This document shows positions 35,505 through 45,065 of a stretch of 64,000 nt of DNA, one piece after another. The notes under the pieces are model-generated. The model saw only the letters and a list, made by a program, of their open reading frames with translations. It had not been told where the DNA came from and did no database searches. The translations under genes and the position numbers were made by a program. The stretch covers positions 16,024 through 80,023 of the forward strand of contig CALCZA010000114.1 in assembly GCA_937906475.1 (NCBI GenBank), given 5' to 3'. Source of the DNA: an uncultured bacterium (GTDB taxonomy: Bacteria > Planctomycetota > UBA1135 > UBA2386). Position 1 is the first letter of the stretch. Each line of letters opens with the position of its first letter.

Positions 35505-36241
35505 ACACCAACAGCAACTCCTATGTGATGGCGTTCACCATTGGCCTCTGTGTCACGGTGAGTTCCATCCTTGCGGTCCTGGCGACCGAGCTCAAGCCGA
35601 CGCAACTTGCGGCGGCCGAATTCGACCGCCAAAAGAACGTCATGATGGCGGCGGGCATGATCGAGAACGGGGATCCCCGGACTCGTGAAGTGCTCGAAGC
35701 GCTCTACGAGAAGCAGGTCAAGCGCGTCGTGATTGATACGCGTGATGGCACCGTGGCGGAAGGCAAGACGGTCGACGATATCGACAAGCTCAACGCCGAT
35801 GCACTCGAAGCGGATCCAAAGGACCGGATGGCCTTCCGCATGATCGAGACCGCGTTCACCGCGGACGGCAAGCTCGACGCGATCATCCTGCCGGTGTCAG
35901 GCAAGGGACTGTGGAGCACGCTCTACGGTTACCTCGCCCTCGACGCCGACAAGAACCACGTCAAGGGCATCCAGTTCTACAAGCACGGCGAGACGCCGGG
36001 GCTCGGTGGTGAAATCGAGAACCCGAAGTGGACTGCCATGTGGAAGGGCAAGGAGATCCTGAATGACAAGGGCGAGCTGGTCTCGATCACGGTCAAGAAG
36101 GGCAAGGTCAACGAGAGCATCGAGAGCGAGAAACGGCACGCCGTCGATGGCCTCGCCGGCGCGACCATTACCAGTAACGGCGTCGGCAAGTTCGTCCGTA
36201 GGGACTTGCAGGCGTTTGGCACCTACCTGCAGAAGAAATAG
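35501..36241 (+). CDS. nqrC: Na+-translocating NADH-quinone reductase subunit C
   Basis: ATG 35501 overlaps the nqrB stop as ATGA. It has a single N-terminal TM helix. The FMN-attachment motif is VDGLAGATITSNGV, and ETPGLGG is also present. Confidence 0.9.
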   Translation: MNTNSNSYVMAFTIGLCVTVSSILAVLATELKPTQLAAAEFDRQKNVMMAAGMIENGDPRTREVLEALYEKQVKRVVIDTRDGTVAEGKTVDDIDKLNADALEADPKDRMAFRMIETAFTADGKLDAIILPVSGKGLWSTLYGYLALDADKNHVKGIQFYKHGETPGLGGEIENPKWTAMWKGKEILNDKGELVSITVKKGKVNESIESEKRHAVDGLAGATITSNGVGKFVRRDLQAFGTYLQKK

Positions 36242-36252
36242 GAGGCGCAACA

Positions 36253-36921
36253 ATGACATCTACAGCCGCTCCCACAGTCGCTCCCGCACCTAAGGCACCG
36301 CTCTTTGGTGACGAAGAGAAGCGCATCATCCTTGATCCGTTGTTGGATCAGAACCCGATCACGTTGCAGGTGCTTGGCATCTGTTCCGCGCTTGCCGTGA
36401 CGACACGTCTCGACGTGTCGATCGTCATGGGCATTTCCGTGATTGCCGTGATGGCGATGGCCAACGTCGCCATCTCGCTGTTGCGCAACCTGATCCCTTC
36501 CAAGATCCGCATCATCGTGCAGTTGGTCGTCGTGTCCGGCGCGGTGATCATTGTCGACCAGGTGCTGCGCGCTTACGCGTTCGACCTGGCCAAACAGCTT
36601 GGCGTCTTCATCAGTCTGATCATCACGAACTGCATCGTGATGGGTCGACTCGAGGCATTCGCGATGCAGAACCCGCCATGGCGCAGCTTGCTCGATGGCA
36701 TCGGTAACGGTCTTGGCTACGCCTGGATCATCTGTGTCGTCGGCGCTGTCCGTGAGATCTTTGGCTCGGGCAACTTGTTCGGCATCCAGATCATCCCGCA
36801 AGCGATGTACGACGCTGGTTACGTAAACAACGGCTTGATGGTGCTCGCACCCGGCGCGTTCATCCTGCTAGGGGTGATCGTCTGGGTTCTGCGTTGGCTC
36901 CGTGGCTACGTCGAGAATTAG
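36253..36921 (+). CDS. nqrD: Na+-translocating NADH-quinone reductase subunit D
   Basis: Polytopic 222-aa protein with NPITLQVLGICSALAVT and LIITNCIVMGR motifs. Confidence 0.92.
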   Translation: MTSTAAPTVAPAPKAPLFGDEEKRIILDPLLDQNPITLQVLGICSALAVTTRLDVSIVMGISVIAVMAMANVAISLLRNLIPSKIRIIVQLVVVSGAVIIVDQVLRAYAFDLAKQLGVFISLIITNCIVMGRLEAFAMQNPPWRSLLDGIGNGLGYAWIICVVGAVREIFGSGNLFGIQIIPQAMYDAGYVNNGLMVLAPGAFILLGVIVWVLRWLRGYVEN

Positions 36922-36931
36922 GAGCTAACTG

Positions 36932-37624
36932 ATGATCTCTGAAACAATCCTGACCTCCTTCGACTGTGCGTCTTTGAACTGGGCGTTGTCCGCGGTTCCG
37001 CAAGATGGCAGCCCTGAAGAGGGTGTTAGCCTGCTCGGCATCGCACTGCGCGCGATCTTCGTCGAGAACATCCTGCTGGCGTTCTTCCTCGGCATGTGCA
37101 GCTACCTCGCGATTTGCAAACGCGTTGATAGTTCGGTCGGCCTCGGTATCGCCGTCATCTTCGTGCTCGGCCTGACAGTGCCGCTCAACTGGGTCATCCA
37201 GACCTACATCCTGGCTCCGGGCGCATTGTCCTGGGCCGGCATGCCGAACTCGGACCTGAGCTATCTGCAGTTCTTGACGTTCATCGCGAGCATCGCCGCG
37301 GCAGTGCAGGTCGTCGAGATGGCCGTCGACAAGTTTAGCCCGAAGCTCTACGCGGCCCTCGGCATCTTCCTGCCACTGATCGCAGTGAACTGCGCCATCC
37401 TCGGCAGTTCGATGTTCATGGTCGAACGCGACTACACGTTCACGCAGTCGGTCGTCTACGGCCTCAGCTCCGGAACAGGTTGGTTGCTCGCCATCGTCAG
37501 CATGGCCGCCATTCGTTGGAAGCTGCGCACGGCGCACATCCCGGGTCCGCTCAAGGGCCTTGGCATTACGTTCATCACTACGGGCCTCATTGCGATGGCC
37601 TTCATGACCTTCAGCGGAATCTAA
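36932..37624 (+). CDS. nqrE: Na+-translocating NADH-quinone reductase subunit E (with N-terminal extension)
   Basis: The core ([53 protein letters not shown]) is collinear with Vibrio NqrE from memory. AGGAG (36920-24) lies 7 nt before ATG 36932. The only in-frame alternatives are TTG codons at aa 15 and 19. Confidence 0.88.
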   Translation: MISETILTSFDCASLNWALSAVPQDGSPEEGVSLLGIALRAIFVENILLAFFLGMCSYLAICKRVDSSVGLGIAVIFVLGLTVPLNWVIQTYILAPGALSWAGMPNSDLSYLQFLTFIASIAAAVQVVEMAVDKFSPKLYAALGIFLPLIAVNCAILGSSMFMVERDYTFTQSVVYGLSSGTGWLLAIVSMAAIRWKLRTAHIPGPLKGLGITFITTGLIAMAFMTFSGI

Positions 37625-37637
37625 GGAGACACATCAG

Positions 37638-38864
37638 ATGGAAATCCTCGTAGGTGTGATCGCCTTGACCGGAGTCCTCGCGGCTTTGGTGTTGTTGCTG
37701 ATGTTCTGTGAAAGCAAGCTGGTCGAGAAGGGGCAGGTCAAGCTGCTGATCAACGGCGACGATTCGAAGTCGCCCGAAGTAGCGATTGGTTCCAATCTGC
37801 TGACTGCACTTAGTGATCAAGGCCTGTTCTTGCCGTCCGCCTGTGGTGGCAAGGGCACCTGCGCGATGTGTAAGTGCAAGGTCTCCGAAGGTGGTGGTGA
37901 CATCCTGCCATCCGAACTGACCCACGTGTCTCGCAGTGAAGCCAAAGAGGGCGTGCGCCTGGCCTGCCAGGTCAAGGTGCGCAGCGCGATGAAGGTGCAG
38001 GTTCCGGATGAAGTGTTCGGCATCAAGAAGTGGGAGTGCACCGTGCGCTCGAACCAAAACGTCGCGACCTTCATCAAGGAACTCGCAGTCGACTTGCCGG
38101 ACGGCGAGGCGATCAACTTCGAGTCCGGCGGCTACATCCAGATCGACGTGCCGAAGTACGAGAACATGAAGTTCTCCGACTTCGAGATTGAGAAGGACTT
38201 CCGCGGCGACTGGGACAAGTTCAAGTTGTGGGACTTTGTCGCCAACAACCCAACGCCGGTGTTCCGCGCCTACTCGATGGCGAATCACCCGGCCGAAGGC
38301 AACATGGTGATGCTCAACATTCGCATCGCCTCGCCACCGCCGCGTCAGCCAGAACTGCCACCGGGCTTGTGCTCGAGTTACGTGTTCTCGCTGAAGCCGG
38401 GCGACAAGATCACGATCTCCGGGCCATATGGTGACTTCTTCATCAAGGACACCGAGCGCGAGATGTTCTACATCGGAGGTGGTGCCGGCATGGCGCCGCT
38501 ACGCAGCCACATCTTCCACCTGTTCCACACGTTGAAGACCGGCCGCAAGGTCAGTTACTGGTATGGCGCTCGTTCGAAGCGAGAGATGTTCTACACGGAC
38601 CAATTCGAAGCGATCGAGAAGGAGTTCCCGAACTTCACATACCACGTCGCCTTGTCCGAGCCGCAACCGGAAGACAACTGGGAAGGCTACACCGGCTTCA
38701 TTCACCAGGTTGCTTTGGACAATTACCTGAATGAGCACGACAACGTCGACGACATCGAGTTCTACATGTGTGGTCCACCGATGATGAACAGTTCGGTCCA
38801 GAAGATGCTCGACGACCTGGGTGTTGAGCAGGACATGATCGCCTTCGACGACTTCGGTGGCTGA
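37638..38864 (+). CDS. nqrF: Na+-translocating NADH-quinone reductase subunit F
   Basis: N-terminal TM helix, 2Fe-2S motif [15 protein letters not shown] motif RAYSMAN and NAD-domain motif GGGAGMAP. Confidence 0.95.
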   Translation: MEILVGVIALTGVLAALVLLLMFCESKLVEKGQVKLLINGDDSKSPEVAIGSNLLTALSDQGLFLPSACGGKGTCAMCKCKVSEGGGDILPSELTHVSRSEAKEGVRLACQVKVRSAMKVQVPDEVFGIKKWECTVRSNQNVATFIKELAVDLPDGEAINFESGGYIQIDVPKYENMKFSDFEIEKDFRGDWDKFKLWDFVANNPTPVFRAYSMANHPAEGNMVMLNIRIASPPPRQPELPPGLCSSYVFSLKPGDKITISGPYGDFFIKDTEREMFYIGGGAGMAPLRSHIFHLFHTLKTGRKVSYWYGARSKREMFYTDQFEAIEKEFPNFTYHVALSEPQPEDNWEGYTGFIHQVALDNYLNEHDNVDDIEFYMCGPPMMNSSVQKMLDDLGVEQDMIAFDDFGG

Positions 38865-38865
38865 T

Positions 38866-38890
38866 AGATCAGGCGTGACGCGCCTGATCT
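38866..38890 (+). terminator. stem-loop immediately after nqrF stop (10-11 bp stem, no clear U-tract)
   Basis: AGATCAGGCG-TGACG-CGCCTGATCT, read directly and starting 2 nt after the TGA at 38862-64. It lies between convergent genes. A T-run is absent, so terminator function is not certain. Confidence 0.45.
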
Positions 38891-38982
38891 AACTAGCTCC
38901 GAACTACGACTTCGCCCGGGTTTGCTATAGCAGCGGCGGGCGAGGGTCGGCGCAACTGGGCCGCTGCGCTGGAGGGCACGAC

Positions 38983-39873
38983 TCAGAGGTCGAAGTCGGC
39001 GGGCAGCGGCGCGGTGACCGTGAGTCGGTCGGTGCTGTTTGGCAATGGCAACACCAGTTCGCTCGCATGCAGAAGGTGACGGCCAGCAGGGATGCCTGCG
39101 ACTTCTTCGACCGGTTGCCCTTGTAGCCATCGAATGAAGCGCCGTTCGTCGCCGCCGTAGAGCAGGTCGCCGAGGATTGCGTGGCCGGCGTGCGCGAGGT
39201 GCACGCGAATCTGGTGGCGGCGACCAGTTCGCGGTTTGGCGCGCACTAGGGTGTTGCTGTCACGGCGTTCGATCACTTCGAAGTGGGTCTCGGCATGGGC
39301 ACCATCGTCGGCAATGCGAACCTTGTGCGGTAGCCGGCTATCCGGATCGAGACCGATGGGGGCGTTGATCGTGAACGTATCCTGCTCCACCGATCCAGAA
39401 ACGACGGCGAGGTATTGCTTGTCGATGCGACGCTCGCGGAAGGCGGCTTCGAAGTGTCGCGCCGCATCGGCGTTGTGCACGAGCAGTAGGCAGCCACTGG
39501 TGCCGAGGTCGAGTCGGTGGGCGGGTGCCTTGTTGAGCAGTGTCGCGATGTCGGCGCCGGGGCGGCGTGAACTCGGTGTGGTCGCGATGCCGGCAGGCTT
39601 ATTGATGACGGACCAGTCAGCAACTTCATGCAGCACCTCGATGGCGACGTCGGGCACCTCGGTGACGATGCGCTGTGCGAGGTAGACGGTGTCGCCGATC
39701 GCTGGACGGCGGTTGGCCTTCGGCTCGGTGCCGGACTCGAGCCGAACGCGACTCTCGATCGCTTCTTGGATCGCGTTGCGCGACATGCGCGGCACCATCG
39801 CTTGCAGGAAGCGGTCGAGGCGCATGCCGCGATAGGCTTCGGTCACCGGGAAGGACTGTTCGCTCGCGGCCAT
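38983..39873 (-). CDS. RluA-family pseudouridine synthase
   Basis: N-terminal S4-like region (RLDRFLQ). The catalytic motif is HRLDLGTSGCLLL, and RRHQIRVHLA is present. Confidence 0.85.
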   Translation of the reverse strand: MAASEQSFPVTEAYRGMRLDRFLQAMVPRMSRNAIQEAIESRVRLESGTEPKANRRPAIGDTVYLAQRIVTEVPDVAIEVLHEVADWSVINKPAGIATTPSSRRPGADIATLLNKAPAHRLDLGTSGCLLLVHNADAARHFEAAFRERRIDKQYLAVVSGSVEQDTFTINAPIGLDPDSRLPHKVRIADDGAHAETHFEVIERRDSNTLVRAKPRTGRRHQIRVHLAHAGHAILGDLLYGGDERRFIRWLQGQPVEEVAGIPAGRHLLHASELVLPLPNSTDRLTVTAPLPADFDL

Positions 39874-40050
39874 GCTGATGACGCCTACCCTACTGCATTG
39901 GCCGTGCGGTAGAATGGTGGCATACGTGGATCGATATGCTGTCGCAAGTGTTGTCTTGCGCGTCGCTCTCGTGGGCAGATGGTCGCGGATCGGCGCGAAC
40001 GGAAGCTCGCGGTGGCTACCTCGTAGGTTCAGCCGCTAGCATTCCGCGTA

Positions 40051-41070
40051 ATGCAGAAGCTGCGAACGTTCTGGCTGCTCGGGGTCGCGATGATGGCGTT
40101 GGCGTCGTGCTTTAATCCTGTGACGGTGCAGGGTTTCACCGGCCAGACGATGGGGTCGACGTATGAGGTCAAGGTCGCAACCAAACTGCCGCTCGCTGAT
40201 ATCCAGGCGATCGTCGGCAGAGAACTGACGGCGTTCGATGTGACGTTTAGCAACTGGCGCAAGAACTCAGAAATCCAGCGAGTCAATGCCCACCGCAGCA
40301 CCGAGCCGTTCGAGGTCAGCGAGCTCTTCGCCAATGTGCTGCAACAAGCGTTGGCGATCGCGAAGGTCACGGATGGAGCATTCGATCCGACCTTGAAGCC
40401 GTTGATCGATCTATACCGACGCGCCAAGAAGAATCCTGGCCTTGGCCTCGAGGATGACGAGTTACTGAGGGCCAAGGAGCGCGTTGGCTACCAGTTCGTC
40501 TCTGTCGAGAACGGCAGGCTAACGAAGCAGCGCGAAGACGTGCAACTCGATGTCGACGGCATCGTGGCCGGTGCCGCAGCCGATGCGATTGCCGCGAAGT
40601 TGCTCGCGATTGGCGTCGACTCGTTCTATCTACAGATCACGGGCGAAGTGTTGTGTTACGGCCTGAAGCCCGATGGCGTTACGTGGCGCATCGGCGTCGT
40701 CGACCCATCGAGTGATGTTGCCGGCGGGCAGCAGGCCATTGTAACGGTGCCGTTGCGCGACCGCGCGCTGTGTAGCAGTGGCGACTACCGCAATGCCGTC
40801 ATCGTTGACAGTCGCGTCGTGCACAATCTGTTTGATCCGCGCACCGGTCGCAATCCAGAACATGCCGTAGTCAGCGCTTCGGTTATCGCGAAAAGCTGTG
40901 CGGTTGCCGATGCGTTGGGCACCGCGTTGATGGTGCTCGGCGACGAGGCGGGCAAGGCTGCGTGGCCGGCAATGCAGGGTATTGGCGCCGAGAGCGCATT
41001 GTTCCTGAAGCCGGGAGTCGTTACCCAATGGCAAGAAGTGAGGATCGAATGGCCAGTAGAAGATTCGTAG
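40051..41070 (+). CDS. apbE: FAD:protein FMN transferase (ApbE family), lipoprotein
   Basis: Signal plus Cys (LLGVAMMALASC). ApbE pattern: GQTMGSTYEVKV, AFDPTLKPLIDLY, DVDGIVAGAAAD, SSGDYRN, ADALGTALMVLG. Confidence 0.85.
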   Translation: MQKLRTFWLLGVAMMALASCFNPVTVQGFTGQTMGSTYEVKVATKLPLADIQAIVGRELTAFDVTFSNWRKNSEIQRVNAHRSTEPFEVSELFANVLQQALAIAKVTDGAFDPTLKPLIDLYRRAKKNPGLGLEDDELLRAKERVGYQFVSVENGRLTKQREDVQLDVDGIVAGAAADAIAAKLLAIGVDSFYLQITGEVLCYGLKPDGVTWRIGVVDPSSDVAGGQQAIVTVPLRDRALCSSGDYRNAVIVDSRVVHNLFDPRTGRNPEHAVVSASVIAKSCAVADALGTALMVLGDEAGKAAWPAMQGIGAESALFLKPGVVTQWQEVRIEWPVEDS

Positions 41071-41957
41071 TCGTAGTTTCGTTGTGGCTCTTGGCTTCGT
41101 GCCAAGTGGCGTTGCCGAGCGGTGCCGAGGGTTGGTCGTTGTCGGGGCGAGCCCTCTACGCGCCGGAGTTACCCACCGAAGTTCGCGCGCAGCGTGAGGC
41201 GAACCTCGCCGTCGCGCGTGACGTGCTTGCACAACAGCCTGAAGATCGCGAGGCGGCGATCTGGGTGGGGCGGCGACTCGGTTATCTCGCTCGTTACCGT
41301 GAGGCTATCGACGTTTACAGCGAAGCGCTGACTCGCATGCCCGGCGATGCGTTCTTGCTCCGTCATCGTGGCCATCGCTATTTGAGCGTGCGTCAGTTTG
41401 ACAAGGCTCGCGCCGACTTTATCGCCGCGGTAATCGCGTGCCGCACGACGCCCGATGAGACTGAGCCAGATGGTCTGCCAGTGCCGGGGCGTCCGCCGCA
41501 CAGCACGCTGCACTTCAACGTGCACTATCACCGAGCGCTGGTTGCGTTCGTGATGGGGGACTTCGATGCCGCGGTGCGCGGCTGGCTTGATTGCCTCGCG
41601 GTGTGTCACAACGATGAGTCGCGCGTCGCGGTCACACACTGGCTGTGGTGTGCGCGCATCCGGTCCGGTGACGAGGCCGGCGCCGCTGCTGCCGTCTCAG
41701 GCATCACGGCCGAGATGGATATCGTCGAGAACAAGAGTTACCACCAGCTCTGCCTGCTCTACGCCGGCCGCTTGCATCGCGAGAAGATGTTCGTCGGCGA
41801 GGGCAGCTCGGGTGCCGCGTTGCGGTTTGGCCTAGCGCACTACGATCTAGTCTCGAAGGGCATGGTGATGGCGCGCCCGCAGTTCGAGCAGTTGGCCGCT
41901 GATCCCGGTTGGGCGTCGTTCGGCGTCATCGCTGCCGAAGCGGAACTGGCTCGCTAG
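41049..41957 (+). CDS. TPR-like lipoprotein (function unknown)
   Basis: ORF 40962..41957, with ATG 41049 giving MASRRFVVVVSLWLLASCQ (lipobox). The sequence is helical repeat-like. It overlaps the apbE 3' end by 22 nt. Confidence 0.55.
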   Translation: MASRRFVVVVSLWLLASCQVALPSGAEGWSLSGRALYAPELPTEVRAQREANLAVARDVLAQQPEDREAAIWVGRRLGYLARYREAIDVYSEALTRMPGDAFLLRHRGHRYLSVRQFDKARADFIAAVIACRTTPDETEPDGLPVPGRPPHSTLHFNVHYHRALVAFVMGDFDAAVRGWLDCLAVCHNDESRVAVTHWLWCARIRSGDEAGAAAAVSGITAEMDIVENKSYHQLCLLYAGRLHREKMFVGEGSSGAALRFGLAHYDLVSKGMVMARPQFEQLAADPGWASFGVIAAEAELAR

Positions 41958-41981
41958 GGCCGGTTCAGATCGGCGCAGGGC

Positions 41982-42026
41982 AAAAAAAAACGGTCCTCGG
42001 TAAGGCACCACACCTCGCCGAGGACC
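41982..42026 (-). terminator. rho-independent terminator for a minus-strand transcript
   Basis: On the minus strand: GGTCCTCGG...CCGAGGACC (a 9-bp GC-rich stem at 42026-42018 with 42000-41992, plus 4 further inner pairs), followed by G and T9 (plus-strand A9 at 41982-41990). Confidence 0.75.
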
Positions 42027-42307
42027 ATCCCTGCCTCTGGATCCATGCCCAGTCTTCTTGTTCCACTGTTGCCCTAATGCACGCACCGTGCCGAACCGCT
42101 GTGCAATTGCGAGTTATCCCGATTCATTTTTTAAGTCGCTTCGAAAGAGCTCCTTAGAACAATGTCGTGGCGGCGGTTTGGAACCCGTCAGGGCGGCCGT
42201 CGGGATGCTGACGAGAATCCGACACGGGTAGCCGACGCTGCTGGCGGATGTGCGACAGCTAGGCGTCACTCGGCGGCCGCCTGTCACCAGTGGTTACGGT
42301 GACATGC

Positions 42308-43087
42308 CTACAACCCGTCGCGCTTGGCCTGGTCCCAGGCCTCCTCCAGGTCGGCTAGTGGCTTGCCCTGGAGGTCGTAGTCGAAGGTCTGCTCGACCCG
42401 CGCGAAGCGGCGTTGGAACTTGTCGTTGGTCGACGCCAGAGCTACTTCCGGGTTGACGCCGAGGTGCCGGGCCAGATTGCAGACGCTGAATAGCACATCG
42501 CCAAGTTCGTCGGCGATCGCAGCCTGGTCTCCCGACTGCACGGCTTCGTCGAGTTCGGTGACCTCCTCGTTCAGTTTCGCTCTCGGACCGTCGCGATCCG
42601 GCCAGTCGAAGCCAACCTTGGCGGCCTTCTCGCCGACGCGGTAAGCCCGCAGCAGCGCCGGCATTGCTTTGGGCACGCCCGACAGCACGCTGCGATCCTC
42701 GCCGGCAGCTTCCTTCTCGCGCTGCTTCTCGGTCTCCCAGGTTTTGAATGCGATCTCGGCACTGTCCGCCTGCTGGTCGCCAAACACGTGCGGGTGACGC
42801 CGTATCAGCTTTTCTGATGCGGTCTGCGCGACGTCGTCCGCCGTGAACTGCCCCGCTTCGCTGGCGATCTGGCTGATCATCGTGACGTTGACGAGCACGT
42901 CACCTAGCTCGGCTCGGGACTCGTCTACCGCGCCACGGCGCAGGGCGTCGGCGGCTTCGAAGGCTTCCTCAACTAGGTGCGGAGCCATGCTTTCGGTGGT
43001 TTGTTTGCGGTCCCAAGGGCAACCATCCGGTGCCCGTAAGCGTGCAATCGTGCGAAGGAGATGAGTGAACCCAGGCAGTTCGGCCAT
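42308..43087 (-). CDS. mazG: nucleoside triphosphate pyrophosphohydrolase MazG
   Basis: Tandem MazG domains: LRAPDGCPWDRKQT, EEAFEAADA, ELGDVL; the second half has EEVTELDEA..ELGDVLF. Confidence 0.9.
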   Translation of the reverse strand: MAELPGFTHLLRTIARLRAPDGCPWDRKQTTESMAPHLVEEAFEAADALRRGAVDESRAELGDVLVNVTMISQIASEAGQFTADDVAQTASEKLIRRHPHVFGDQQADSAEIAFKTWETEKQREKEAAGEDRSVLSGVPKAMPALLRAYRVGEKAAKVGFDWPDRDGPRAKLNEEVTELDEAVQSGDQAAIADELGDVLFSVCNLARHLGVNPEVALASTNDKFQRRFARVEQTFDYDLQGKPLADLEEAWDQAKRDGL

Positions 43088-43249
43088 GTCTTCAGGTTAG
43101 GGCCTGAATGGGGGATGGCACGAAACGGTTTTGGGGATGGGGGCGCATGGCCTATCCTTTGCCGTCTGAACGTGATCTCGACTGCACAGCTGTGTCGTCG
43201 GGCCGTTCATCCATTCTTACTAACGACTCCACAGCAATAGACCCCAACC

Positions 43250-43852
43250 ATGGCCCTCGAACTTCCGGCTCTGCCGTACTCCAACGACGCGCTCGCGCCG
43301 CACATCAACTCGCAGACGCTCGACATCCACCACGGCAAGCACCACAACGCTTACGTCGTCAATGGTAACAAGCTGATCGCTGGTACCGAATACGCTGAGA
43401 TGGCGCACGAGGACATCATCAAGGCGACGGCGGGCAAGGCCGACAAGGCTGGTATCTTTAACAATGCCGCCCAGGTCTGGAACCACACGTTCTACTGGAA
43501 CTCGATGAAGCCAGGTGGCGGCGGCCAGCCGACTGGTGCGATCGCGGCCAAGATCGACAGCGACCTCGGTGGCTACGACAAGTTCGTGGAACTCTTCAGC
43601 ACCGCCGGTGCGACCCAGTTCGGCAGTGGCTGGGCCTGGCTCGTTATCGAGAACGGCAAGCTCGCCGTCAAGAAGACGCCGAACGCCGAGACTCCGGTCA
43701 CTCAAGAAGGCGTCACCCCGCTCGTGACGATGGATGTGTGGGAGCACGCCTACTACCTCGACTTCCAAAACCGTCGCCCGGATTACATCAAGACGTTCCT
43801 GGCGAGCTTGATCAATTGGGACTTCGCCAACGCGAACCTGGCCAACGCCTAG
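43250..43852 (+). CDS. sodB: superoxide dismutase (Fe-type by sequence)
   Basis: LPALPYSNDALAPHINSQTLDIHHGKHH, FNNAAQVWNHTFYW (Fe-type Gln position) and DVWEHAYYLDFQNRRPDY. Confidence 0.9.
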   Translation: MALELPALPYSNDALAPHINSQTLDIHHGKHHNAYVVNGNKLIAGTEYAEMAHEDIIKATAGKADKAGIFNNAAQVWNHTFYWNSMKPGGGGQPTGAIAAKIDSDLGGYDKFVELFSTAGATQFGSGWAWLVIENGKLAVKKTPNAETPVTQEGVTPLVTMDVWEHAYYLDFQNRRPDYIKTFLASLINWDFANANLANA

Positions 43853-43906
43853 TCGCGGTGTCGCTGTCTACCAGGGCCGCTGTCTAACTGACTCACTTCA
43901 CGCATC

Positions 43907-44284
43907 GTGCCATCCAACCGTCGCCGCAAGCAGAAGGCCCAGTCCCTGGGTCTTAACGAAGCCGAACTGCACCTGACCGAGTTGCTCGGTCAGGTCTTGG
44001 AATTGCTGCGTTGGAATCAGGTGCTCGGTTACAGCAACCAATACCTGTTGCACGAGCGGCTTGGCTTGTCGCCGCAAGAGCGTCAAGACGTGATGAAGGC
44101 TGCGGCCGGCGCCGTCGAGCAAGACGGTCGCATGCAAGACTGGGGCAAGCGGTTGCTTGAGATCCAGGAATCGCTGCAGAGTATTCATGAGCGCATGACC
44201 GGCGAGGCTGCTCTCGGCGATGACGGTGGCAAGCCGAACGATGACGAGTCCGGCGATGACCTCTCGGAGGCGGCCGGTGCCTGA
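43907..44284 (+). CDS. hypothetical protein with acidic C-terminus
   Basis: 125-aa ORF with a GTG start and no recognisable motif. Its 3' end overlaps the probable start of the next gene, which suggests co-translation. The coding call rests on its position and on the absence of a better frame. Confidence 0.4.
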   Translation: MPSNRRRKQKAQSLGLNEAELHLTELLGQVLELLRWNQVLGYSNQYLLHERLGLSPQERQDVMKAAAGAVEQDGRMQDWGKRLLEIQESLQSIHERMTGEAALGDDGGKPNDDESGDDLSEAAGA

Positions 44285-45065
44285 GAGCGGGCGCGCGCTA
44301 ATTAGCGGTTGCGTGATCAGCTATCAGGAATCCGACCGCATTGCCGACTGCGTGCGTTCACTGTCGTTCTGCGACGAGGTCATTGTTGTCGACAGCGGCA
44401 GCACCGATGGCACGCAAGCGATCGCCCGCAAACTCGGGGCGCGCGTGATCGAGAACCTCCCGTTCCCAGGTCATCGGCAGCAGAAGCAGTTCGCGATCGA
44501 GCAGGCACAGCACGACTTGGTGTTCTGTCTCGATGCCGACGAGCGCTGCACCGGGCCATTGCAGGCCGCGGTGCGGGAACTGCTACAGAACGGACTCGCC
44601 GCCGATGGCTACCAGATGCCGAGGCTCAATCACTACCTTGGCCGCATTCTGAAACATGGCCTGCACGTTCCCGATCGCAAACTACGTCTGTTTGATCGGC
44701 GCAAAGGCAAGTGGGGCGGGCGCAATCCGCACGACCACGTCGAGATGGCGGATGGCGCCAGCGTCGAACGTCTTGCGGCCGGAATTGAGCACCTGAGCTA
44801 CCGCGACTTCGCCCATCATCGACGCACGATCGACTCGTTCTCACGTATCGCTGCCGATGCAATGTCGGCGGAAGGTCGGCGCGCAAATCCGTTCGATTTG
44901 TTGGTGCGACCGCCAGCGGTATTCGTGAAGAGCCTGCTGTTGAAGCTTGGCTTTCTCGATGGTTGGCGTGGCTTCCTGGTGGCGACGATGGCCGCATACA
45001 CCGACTGGAAGAAGTATTGGCGCCTGATGCGCACCAAACGTTCACCAGCGGAGCAGGGTCGATGA
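44277..45065 (+). CDS. family 2 glycosyltransferase (LPS-core WaaE/KdtX-like)
   Basis: ORF 44220..45065. The start is uncertain (GTG 44277 chosen; ATG 44241 and 44256 are also in frame). GT2 N-terminus: ISGCVISYQESDRIADCVRSLSFCDEVIVVDSGSTDGT, with a DAD motif (LDADER). Confidence 0.75.
   Translation: MPESGRALISGCVISYQESDRIADCVRSLSFCDEVIVVDSGSTDGTQAIARKLGARVIENLPFPGHRQQKQFAIEQAQHDLVFCLDADERCTGPLQAAVRELLQNGLAADGYQMPRLNHYLGRILKHGLHVPDRKLRLFDRRKGKWGGRNPHDHVEMADGASVERLAAGIEHLSYRDFAHHRRTIDSFSRIAADAMSAEGRRANPFDLLVRPPAVFVKSLLLKLGFLDGWRGFLVATMAAYTDWKKYWRLMRTKRSPAEQGR

Noticed and set aside
41847-42086. 79-aa minus-strand ORF in the mazG-downstream gap.
   Set aside because: It reads straight through the terminator hairpin and the T9 tract (giving ..PFFFAL..) and has no start context. 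More likely this is non-coding RNA or a UTR.
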